The notes beneath the pieces are model-generated. The model made no database searches and was not told where the DNA came from. It worked only from the letters and a program-made list of their open reading frames with translations. DNA of 60,394 bases, counting the filler, from Trypethelium eluteriae (taxonomy: Eukaryota): NCBI GenBank assembly GCA_051942245.1. It is 4 parts of 4 records of this genome, joined end to end, with 100 filler letters (N's around TTAATTAATTAA, not from the genome) between each part and the next. Parts side by side here need not be neighbours in the genome. Positions count along the whole stretch, not along the records: positions 45,409 to 60,394 come from JAVECL010000663.1; 3 more parts are not named here. One strand, written 5' to 3'. Numbering within the stretch: the first letter of the stretch is position 1; the number at the start of each line of letters is the position of its first letter. Positions 50,451 through 60,394 of this stretch are shown here, piece after piece. The translations under genes and the position numbers were made by a program.

Positions 50451-51489
50451 GTCGTCCCCTTGCTGCCAATCCCCTCAGCGCCCTCAGCGCTCCGAGACAG
50501 GCTCTAAAAAGCACGACAGCTCAAAATCAAGGTATGCTGCATGGATGAATAAATTGCTCAGGGGCCAAGGCGAATTTATGGGACGAGCAGAAATAAAACT
50601 AGTGGTAGGGAAGTCGGGCGGATGAACAGGACGGATTGGGTGGATGGTGTTGATGGCGATGATGGGTTTTGGCGACGGTCGGAGCAGAATGCGTGGGCAG
50701 CTGGCCTCTTTGTCCTGATGAAAGAGGTGCAAGTGTGCCGAAGCTGGTGGCAGGCGACGTGGAGGAGGAGGTAAGTGGGCGCGACGTCGCGATGATGTGG
50801 CGTGGTGATGGGGATGGTGGAGGATGATGGGAAGGGAGGATGGGGAAGAGTTGTGAGGGCGTGAAGGGAGGGTGAAGGCGGTGATGAGCGGCGAGCATGA
50901 TGAAGTCCTGTTGCGGGAGGGCGGGCCTTGCCCAACTTCCTCTGGCTGAGGGAGACGGTCCAGCATTTTCGCTCTACTGCGCAGGTACGGAGGTGCGATG
51001 TCAGAGGTAGCCAAAACCGGCCGTCTACATAGTAGCATACACGCGTATAAAATTATGCGGTGCCGGCCCGAATTCGAGGCGCTCGCATTTGCTTCTATTC
51101 GACTTCGCAGACAGGCGATTTTTCTGTCTCAGGCGTGGATCTGTCGGCTGGGAAGTTGATTACGAGCTATGATCTCGGTTCTGGGTTTGCTTGGCGCGTG
51201 TCCAGATTGCGGGCGAAACAACACAAAGCAATTCCCACCTGCCACCATCCCGATCGGGCACCACCGCACCGCACCGCTCCACAGCTCCCATACATGTACC
51301 TTCGTACCTACCTAGCAAGGTACCTACCTAAGCTAAGGTACCTACACTACCTTCTCCGGCGAAACTCCGGCCCGAGAACTAGCCCCAATCTTTTTTTTTT
51401 TTTTTTGCCTTGCTATCGTCGCACCTGGGGGCTAGTCAGCATATCAGGTTTGGCGCACCTCAAGCACCTGTACAACGGATATCTCCACC

Positions 51490-52734
51490 ATGGCTGCAGT
51501 ATACAAGTCATTGTCTCGATTGCAAGCGGACAAGGATGAAGATCAAATCAATGGCGAGAGAAAAGAAAAAAAGAATCGCCAAAAGCTGCTGGTGTTGAGC
51601 AGCCGGGGGGTGACCCATCGGTGTGTGGAGAAGAGTTCATAGAATATTATCCCATGAACGCTGACTTTTTCTGACCCCTCTATCATAGACATCGACATCT
51701 CATCAATGATCTTTATTCTCTGCTTCCCCACTCTCGTAAAGACGCGAAGTAAGTGCTGAGCACCAGGAATCCAGTACACTAAACTCGGCATCTGTGAAGA
51801 CGCTCACGAGATACGTGCCAGGCTTGACACGAAAACCAAACTCTATCAGCTTAACGAGCTCGCTGATCTCTACTCGTGCAACAATGTACTATTCTTTGAA
51901 GCCCGGAAGGGCAAAGACCTCTATGCCTGGATCTCCAAACCCCCCAATGGGCCTACCATCAAGATGCACGTACAGGTAGCGTTCTGCGAAATTTCCCACT
52001 CGCTTTACATTCACTAAAGCCGGTATAGAACCTACATACCATGGAAGAACTACATTTTACTGGTAAGTCTTGTGGTCCAATCAAGACTTACGGCAATGAT
52101 CTCGGCTGACTGGGTTCCAGGTAATTGCCTCAAGGGCTCACGGTCCATTCTAAACTTCGACATGCGCTTTTCGATCACCGAGAACCCACATTTACCCTTG
52201 ATACGAGAGCTACTGACGCAGGTGTTTGGGGTACCGAAAACAAGTCGGAAGGTCAAGCCCTTCGTGGATCACGTCATGTCTTTCACCTACCTAGAAGGGA
52301 GGATCTGGGTGCGGAATTATCAGATCTTGGAGACAGAGCCGAAGAATGACAAAGTGGGCCAAGGACAAGGACAAGTCAATGGGACAGTAGATGGCGAGCA
52401 GGAGGGGGACGAAGACAGAGAGGCAAGAAAGTCAAAAAAAGGAAGGAAGGGTGACACGCATATTCAACTTGTGGAGATCGGCCCTCGCTTTGTCCTGACG
52501 CCCATCGTCGTTCTCGAGTCATCGTTCGGTGGTCCGGTCATTTATGAGAACAAGGAGTTTGTCTCGCCAAATCAGATCCGATCAGAGTTGCGGAAGGCGC
52601 GTTCTGGCCGTTTCAATCGAAGAACAGAAGGAGAAATTGACCGGAAAGTCAAGAAGGGCGACTTGGGATTAGTGACAGAAGGAGGCAGAAAATCTGAGAG
52701 AGACGCGCTAGACGAAAGAGACTTGTTTGCATGA
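51490..52734 (+). CDS. BRX1: Ribosome biogenesis protein Brx1 (Brix domain)
   Basis: MAAVYKSL...LLVLSSRGVTHR|HRHLINDLYSLLPHSRKDAK|LDTKTKLYQLNELADLYSCNNVLFFEARK...NLHTMEELHFTGNCLKGSR...LVEIGPRFVLTP...FGGPVIYEN; four introns. Confidence 0.95.
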
Positions 52735-53500
52735 GTACGGACGCGGCTTCGTGTTTTTGATCATCCTCACAGATTAACGATACCATATCACAAGCGCGGC
52801 GTTACGGTTGCATAGGTAGCGAGGATCCGAGGCGTTGCTCCATAGGGGACTGCCATCGCTGCGAACATCTCTGGTTTACAGTTCAATACCAAGTTTATAC
52901 GCCAACTTAGTTCCAACGTATCAGACCCAGTTTCATGCTAGCTTCAGCCGTATCATACATCACAAACTGAATATTCCGGCCGTTCTTTGCTTATCCAAAA
53001 ATAAGGTGTAAGGTTGAAAACATAAATGAATCGACAAATGGGGGAACATTGGGGCAACAGTGTAGCCTTAGGAAGCCGCAAAACCTGTACTCGCAGCACT
53101 GATCTTGATGGTTACCTTACTCCAGAACCCCAACCTCAGACTCAAACGCGCGGTGGCACTCTCATATTGCACAGCATTGAGCCTCCAGTGCCTTCCTGCT
53201 GCAAGGCTCTGGTCGAGGGAACTGTATGTGTTATGAGAGTTAGTCGAGTCACAGTATCTGGATCGACGTTGTCAGGACTTCTTTTGTGTTTAAACATTTC
53301 AGGCTCTATTAAATTGAATCTAGAACAGGACTCAACCACCATTGCATGAGGTATGTAATATAAATTAGGCAAGTCACCCACCCACCAAACACCCACGCTC
53401 CTGAAAAGGGTATAGCCCTCTATGCAGACCGGACATCAAATTCAAAAATACCCATCCTCCCGCCCGTCTATAACTCTTCTTTTTTCTTTCTTTATTTTTT

Positions 53501-55559
53501 TTATTTCGCAGCGTACCTGCTCCTTGCCCTCAGCCTATCGCCAAAATAGAACAGAATGTATACACCCGCAATACATGCCGTCGTAAAAGCAGCCAACATA
53601 CTGACTCCACTTCCAATCCCCAAATTTGTGTACAATGGCCGGCTGAACAGGACTGCGCCCGCCGCCAGTGTGCTCCTTGCAAGATCGTTCCCCGCGAAGA
53701 GGGACGCCGCATACTGCGGATATACGAACGGAAGGTAGAGAAAGATACACTGGATCAGGATAAACACCCCAACAGTGAAGATGCCCACCCCAATAACGCT
53801 GACAATCCAATGCACGCTCGCTCGCGAAGTCCACGCGTAGATGAACAGTCCTACGGGACAAAGCCATGCCGCGAATAACGCAGGAATGAGTCGGCGCTCG
53901 GGCGCACCAAGTCCATTGGCTCTGATCTCTGGCTCGACGACCCAATAAATATATGACCAGTATACTGCGATCGAGATCACAACTGCGACGGTGATACTTA
54001 GGAATGTCAACCCCATTTGCCCAAGATTGAACCCGTAGATATCAACGTAGACGAGCGGGAAGGCCTCGAAGAAGGAATAGTAGATCCCATAGAGCAACGC
54101 GACATAGACCGCTGTGAAAGCAATCGCCGGGTCCAGCAACATCAGCAGGATCGGCCGCCACAGCGCCTCGATCGCCACCTCCCGGGGATTCAGATTAGCC
54201 TGATCGATCTCGGACTGGCTCTTCAACCTGCTGTCACCCGTCAACTTCCTCAGCCGCCTCGCACGCCACAACAAGATATTCGGGCCGGACGTCTCGGGCA
54301 GAAACAGAAACGCAACCCAGACAGGTCCCGACAACCACAGCATCTCCCACAGACTCCACCGCCAGTTCTCAGCCGCCACACTGAACCCAGAAATCATAGG
54401 CCCCAGCGCAGGTCCGCACGTCGCCGCAAGCGCCCACAGACAGATGGCGTACGGCAGCTTAATCAACGAGAACATGTCGCCCATGCTCGCGCCCCCCGTC
54501 GCGAGACACGGGCTCCCGAAGAAGCCCTGCAGGAAGCGCAGCACGAGGAGCCCCGCGAAGTTGTCGACGAGCGCAGTGGGCACGCAGAGGATGACGAAGA
54601 TGGCGAAGGTGATGATGTACGGCGGGTTGCGACCGATGACGGGGATCTCGCTGATGGGGGACCAGACCATGGGACCGATGCCGTAGGCAAGGACGTAGAG
54701 GGCGAGACCGAGCTCGGCGGCGGTGATGGAGACGCCGAAGCGGGTCGAGACGCCTTGGATGGAAGGGGTGTAGATGGCGCTGCCCATGTAGACACCGAGA
54801 GTGTAGAGGCTGGGTAGGGGTCAGTCAAAGTTGCGACAGAAGGGCAATGGGTATAGGCGGTTTGGTGGGGAAGACTTACCACAACAGCAGCAGCGAGAAG
54901 AGCTTCTTCTTAAGCGACCAGTTTTGAGGGTTTGCCGGGTCATCAGTGTCGTACCAGTCCACCAAAATCGTTCCGTCATCGAGCTTCCCAGGCACGATTG
55001 GTTGAGTTGGTTGTTTAGACATACTCGCATTAGAAAGCTGCTGTTCAAGATCCTGTCTGGTGTGTGCTTGCGCAAGAGCCGTCTGAGTTGGGACCCGATC
55101 TAAAGTCCGTGCTGACTTGCTGGATTTTGCCGTTCGGTTGGTCTTGGTAGATTTTGCTGGTTGCATATGCTCTAGGTCTTGTTCGTCTTTGGCAGTCTTG
55201 ACCTTTTCCATGTCGTTTTGCCCTTGTCCCTCCATCTCGAGGTCTTTCGCGGTCTTAATCTTCTCCAAGTCATAATCGCCGTTGCGGTCTGACTCCTTTT
55301 CGATGTCGACGGTACGTTGGGAATCTGGCTGCGACTGTGAGCCTGATCGAGGAGCGCTTCCAAGGACAGTCTCAACATCTGGAAGAGGATGTTCCGCACT
55401 GGCGGCTGTCTGTTGTGAGTCTGTCTGAGATCCATTGTGGTCTTTGTATGCAACGGGTATTTCAAAATTCTGTCTTTCTTCCGGATACTGGAGTACCCGG
55501 TTTCTAGTGATCCAACGAACCACTTGTCCTATAGGGGCATCTCGAATGAGATCAGACAT
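53501..55559 (-). CDS. MFS multidrug transporter, DHA1 family (Flr1/Mdr1/Caf5-like)
   Basis: N-terminus MSDLIRDAPIGQVVRW...LQYPEE, LVDWYDTDDPANPQNWS, intron ~54811-54879, WSPISEIPVIGRN, RFLQGFFGSPCLATGGAS, WRWSLW, LPETS, PERRL and YAASLFAGND. Confidence 0.92.
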
Positions 55560-56942
55560 GGTCTGTCTTTCTGTCCCAAGCACGAATAGATGGCCGAAAA
55601 TTAATATTGTCAGAATAGCAGGAGAGTCTATCAGAAAGGGCGCGGAAGAAAGACGTCAAAATAAGGAGCAAGAACAACTTGAGAGCGCGAAAGCTATACT
55701 AGGGCAAACGCTCAGGCCTTGTGTGCCTCAATATATACTAATCAAACCTACATTCTGGCGGCAGCCCGCGATTTTACGTCCTTACAGTTCATGAGAAGTG
55801 CCCGGAACGCAAAAAGGGTCTCGAACCGACTGGCTAGAAAGGGGGTTGTGCCGAGAAAGCTGAGAAAGCGGCAGTGACTCAGGCGGTCCTGTACGGGAAG
55901 AAGATCTTAGAACAACGTTAACGGCTTCTTTCTTCTCTTGTGATTGGCTGTATGGAGTCTTGCGGCGTAAAAAATCCACATGTTTGAAATTCGCCCGAGT
56001 TGCTGAACGAGGGGACGGATGTGGTTGGTGTCAGTACCCGAGAATCGTAGCGCCCATCAGGTCCGTCAGCTTCGTTTGATGACAAACTACTTAATTCTCC
56101 TTGGCACGAGTAAGGAAGGCAAGGATGAACTTCCAACCTTGGAACAGCCGCCTCTGATCTAAGCGTAAATGATGTGCATATCAAGAAGATAGCGTCACTT
56201 TTGTTCGTTGATTGATGAATTAGTCGCAGGAATGAATCAGAGCGACGGCCAAATACTTCGTCCGCCTGCCCAATGCTGCCGCATCTATTTTTGACTAGAA
56301 ATAGCTTAACTCCGCACGCTTCGCCCAAGACTTCAATCAAGCCTTTGGCGTGATTTGGTGCGATTTCGTGCGATCGCTAGAGAGGTTTCGCAGTCGTATG
56401 CGCTGTGGGTACGGAGTCGAAGAAGAACTACCTTTTTGCGCCGTCGGAGATAAGAAAATAGCCTACCATCGTTCCCGCGTAAGCCTCCTCTACGCTCTCA
56501 CTGCTCTCTACACGTGAGCCGGCTGCTTACGGCAACAATTTTTTTTTTTGGTGCGGGCCCGCGTTGGAGTTTGTTAAGCTGACCGGATACGGAACTTTCT
56601 ACGATGCGGGCCACTCATCATGGCACCTGAAGGACTCTCGTGATCCGCCAACATTTCTAGGTTCGAAAACTTGACGCGATCGTCCCTTCGAATCATGTTT
56701 TCACCGCGGAGACAATGATGAACCTGAAAGCCTCCAACGCGTATGAAGGCTGGTCAAAATATCTCGACGTGAGTGTTACTAAAACCGACGCATCGGAATA
56801 TAGGTATCTACGTTTAGGATCTAGCTGTGCTCGAAATGGGTGTCTCAGGGACAACGATTTGATATCTTTCTACCGCCGAAGAACGCCTTGCTGAAACTCT
56901 TTCTATCCAGGTTTCCATCTCGTCATTATTAGAGCTTTAGTA

Positions 56943-58318
56943 TCACCCACTGCGGAACCAACTGATGATAATGCGAAGCAGATAATATATAAGCACGATT
57001 GGCGCGACTGGCAAAAGTATTTGCAAAACCTCCCGGGTGCGCGCAGGCCGAACTTCAGTTTCAATATGCCCAGCACCGCATGCAACCTTGTCAGGAGAGA
57101 CTGCACCGTTCCATTTATCTTTCCCCTCATCGGCAGGGAAGTTGCCTGTTCGTTGGTAATACTCGAGAAGATCGTCTTTCTCTTTCCAACGTTCGTATAA
57201 CCATTGTTCGAAAGCTTTTGGGTCATTAAGAGGAATTTGGGGTAAGGCAAATTTCCTCCAATGCATATTGACCGATTTAGGTGGTCTGCCTTCAAGGTAG
57301 GTTCCGCGAAGGGTGAAGAGTTCTTCGCCGAATTGGCCGTGACTGGGGGATGTTAGATGAAATCAGAAATAGGATCAAAGGCGCTTACGGTATTCCTTCA
57401 TACGCGATCGTACAGTCGTAAATATAATCCAGTGTTCCATCCAACTCCTGCAAACAAAACAATAGACCTGTTGCGCGGGGGAGTAGACAGTGATCAAAGT
57501 CCCGCAAGCCATTCTTATTTGCCCATTTCTCAGACGAGTTCCTGCTGTTCGCTGACAGATTCGTTCCCTCGGGAAAAAGTAATAGCCACATGGGATCCAG
57601 CCCTTCTGGTCCGGACATTGGTCCGTTGTGTCGACTATTGAGCTTTCGCAAGCGATGCTGAAATCGTGGTCGGTCTCTCTCCCAGTTCCGCGCAAGAAAG
57701 ATAAATCCAAATAATTGCATAGCCCAGCCCAGCACCGGTATCTGCTTGAGCGATTCTTTGAGAATAATATAGAAGTGCCCATGCATGCGCGCAGTGTATG
57801 CGATCCACCACAAGTAAATCCACTCCGTATAGATCTGATGGTTGGCAATCATGACCAGACGGTACGGAAAGTCGCACTCGACTCTTCCGTCTTCTGTCTG
57901 TCGAAGTTCGCCGCGGACGCTTTCATCTCCGCTGATCCGGATCTTTGTTGGACTCCACCACTGTGTCATTGTCGTGATGAGGATCCCGAAACTTTGCTTG
58001 CAGAGGGCCATAAAAGCGTAGAAGTAGTCTTTATTAACAAAATACGAAAGGGCGAGAGGGAGTTGGCCGAGGTGGATGCTGCTCATCAAATTAACGATGC
58101 GAGTCCTCTACGAAACACCACAAGATCACTCACACCGCACATCCTCCACCAAAATAAATCACAAAGGATATCAGCCGTATCGCCTGGACCAGCACATTAT
58201 GCCTAGGGGGTCCCGCTGGGTGCCGTCGTGGTGCGCCGATGCTCTCAGTTGCATCCATTCCCGCTCCTGCGTCAGGCATTAACCGTCTTGTTCTCCGGTT
58301 GAGCTCACTCGAGGACAT
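56943..58318 (-). CDS. Glycerolipid acyltransferase (AGPAT/LCLAT1, Cst26-like)
   Basis: ANHQIYTEWIYLW (HxxxxD/E motif), LKESLKQIPVLGW, FIFLARNW, LFPEGT, LLPRATG and YDCTIAYEG. Introns ~58066-58133 and ~57341-57390. Confidence 0.88.
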
Positions 58319-59106
58319 GTCCTTAGGGATACATGTGTCTAGATAGTCTTCGTTCTTGTATTTCGGCCGAGGACTTTCTTGCTGAAAGCGGAAGATGTCG
58401 TATATACCATCAAACGGAGATGTCGCGTGCGTTTCCGGTCACCTGGCCTGACTGAGTGAGTTCTGCAAGTCGAGACAAAGACCTCTTTAGGGGTCAAACG
58501 GGACGAGCAAGACGGCGCTGCTGACAGGTCTGGATCCGTTCCGCCATCCTGGAATAACAATATTGAGAGCTGACTACCGACGTGGGATTGTTGGTGATGA
58601 TAGAGGAAAAGGCGAACAGCTCATACTGAGTGGTAGGATGGCGCTGTCGTCATAGAGCGTACTTTACGCAGCCCGGTCTCGGAAGCCTACTTTCACCAGC
58701 CATGCATCTCCAAATAAAGTAATGAGTAAGTCAGATATTTCCTCCATCTGATCTAGCTTGCACATCAGTCTCATCTGCTCCGGAATGCAACATGTTGTCG
58801 TAATTAACGACAGCTCGACCCTTAAAAATATCTCTTTTCATGGGTCGTGCTAACCTCTTTTTCCTACTACGTTCAAGAAAGAGTAGCCATGTGTCCTCTG
58901 CATGCACAATTTCCTTGTCGTTTCACGGGAAAAAGACCATGAGCAGTCCTTCGTTCTAATCTAAGCAGTATTAGGTCATCTCTTGTTCCCTTTTCTTAAG
59001 TGTAATTCATCAAAGTGTGTTTCGTCTTAAACCTCGGTGTTGATGGAGCAATAGTCATGAATGCATCACCAAGGAGTTCCAGAAATTCCATTCATGCTGT
59101 TATAAA

Positions 59107-60394
59107 ATGCAGCCTATTACCCGTTGCCTGAAGCGCAAGCTCGACTGGCGTCGTACATTTTCTCAGTCTACTCGCCATGATATCGTCAAAGACGTCCGGC
59201 AACTTGAAGACCGAATAATACCGAAATATCAAGGTGGATAACTCTAGCTGCCTTCTTCAAACCCATTGATCTCACTAACCAGCCACTTACTAGAAACGCC
59301 TTCTACCGATCTGTTGTGCTTGCAATGGCCATCTCCACCCCGCAACATACTTCTCACCAAAAAAGCCAACGCCCCCAATGTCACCGCCTCCCTTCTCGAG
59401 TACGCTACCCATATCCACACTACCTATCCGGGTACCTCCCTAGTCTTTGAACCTCATACTGCCACCTCTATCGCAGACGCCCTCCCCTTCGATATCTACG
59501 CCCCGCTCTCTGATTCTTCCTCGATCCCGACATCAAACTCCCTCCTCCCACAGAAAATAGATCTCACCTGCACCCTTGGCGGTGATGGCACCATCCTCCG
59601 CGCGGCAGCCCTCTTCGCCAGCGCCCCCTCTCCGCCTCCCATCCTTTCCTTCAGCATGGGCACCATCGGTTTTCTTGGCGAGTGGAAGTTCGCCGAGTAC
59701 AAGCGCGCCTTCCGAGAAGTCTACATGTCGGGCGCCGAAGCCGGCGCAGGCAGCAGCGTCGCGATGGAGGAGCCTTCAACTCACGACAGCGCCAGGCGGC
59801 CTCACGAACGAAGCGTCAAGGCACCGAACGAACATAACGACGACGACGACAACGGCCGCGGCCTCACCGGCTGGTCTTCGATCCGCGGCAAAGCCATGGG
59901 GCCCGCGCGCGGCGCCCGCGTCCTCGTCCGCAACCGGCTACAAGTCGGCGTGTTCGCGCGCGACGGTTCGCGCGTTTCCGCCTCCGCCGCCGACCAGGCC
60001 TCTCCGCCGTCTCCCCCCTCGACCAGCGCTGCCGACAGCGATATCTACGCCCTCAACGAGGTCCTCATCCATCGGGGCCGCGACCCGCACCTCGCCATCG
60101 TGGACGTCTTCGTCGGCGGCCGCCACCTGACTGAGGCGGTCGCCGACGGCATGATCGTCTCGACGCCGACGGGGAGCACCGCGTATGCGCTCAGCAGTGG
60201 CGGCAGTATCGTTCACCCACTGGTGTCGAGCTTGCTGCTTACGCCTATCTGTCCCCGCAGTCTGAGTTTTAGGCCGCTGGTGCTGCCGGCGAATACGCCG
60301 GTGACGCTGCGGCTGAGCGAGAAGAATCGCGCGCGCGAGGTTGAGGTCAGTGTGGACGGGGTGAGGCGGAGTGAGGGGATGGGTGTGGAAATGG
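59107..60394 (+). CDS. POS5: Mitochondrial NADH kinase Pos5; 3' end runs off the window
   Basis: Presequence-like MQPITRCLKRKLDWRRTFSQS, intron ~59234-59293, LQWPSPPRNILL, TLGGDGTILRA, FSMGTIGFL, ALNEVLIHRG, ADGMIVSTPTGSTAYALSSGG and TPICPRSLSFRP. Confidence 0.92.

Noticed and set aside
50484..51038. Pro/His/Ser-rich ORFs upstream of INO80
   Set aside because: Low-complexity pyrimidine-rich 5'UTR/intron sequence; an acceptor-like TTTTTAG lies just upstream of the INO80 ATG.
54017..54817. 266-aa antisense ORF over the DHA1 transporter (also 59576-60130, 45732-46196, 35962-36755)
   Set aside because: Shadow ORFs caused by high GC3 or low-complexity repeats in real genes; no recognisable domains.

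Overview
This is eukaryotic DNA from a filamentous ascomycete (Pezizomycotina-like), with short GT-AG introns and CTRAC-type branch sites. It is not one continuous locus. Four unrelated ~15 kb contigs (1-15111, 15212-30218, 30319-45308, 45409-60394) are joined by an artificial 100-nt linker (N44-TTAATTAATTAA-N44). Contig 1 is mostly housekeeping: RRN6-like, SPC25, MZT1, a GNAT, a CorA-like protein, ARF1, RPL1 and an MFS transporter. Contig 2 has DUG1, a compact DMATS prenyltransferase + two-P450 group with no backbone synthase (both P450s have atypical I-helix motifs), and a HeLo/SesA-like N-terminal + ankyrin gene. Contig 3 has a GH51 arabinofuranosidase, a probable gene relic, a stand-alone RNase H-domain gene, a hypothetical gene, a PsuG-PfkB fusion, OST1, and a highly structured ~205-nt tRNA-like element with Pol III promoter boxes. 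Contig 4 has INO80, BRX1, a DHA1 MFS transporter, an acyltransferase and POS5. The best candidates for something new are the DMATS/P450/P450 mini-cluster and the Pol III tRNA-like RNA. All calls come from reading motifs by eye; no searches were run and intron boundaries are manual estimates.
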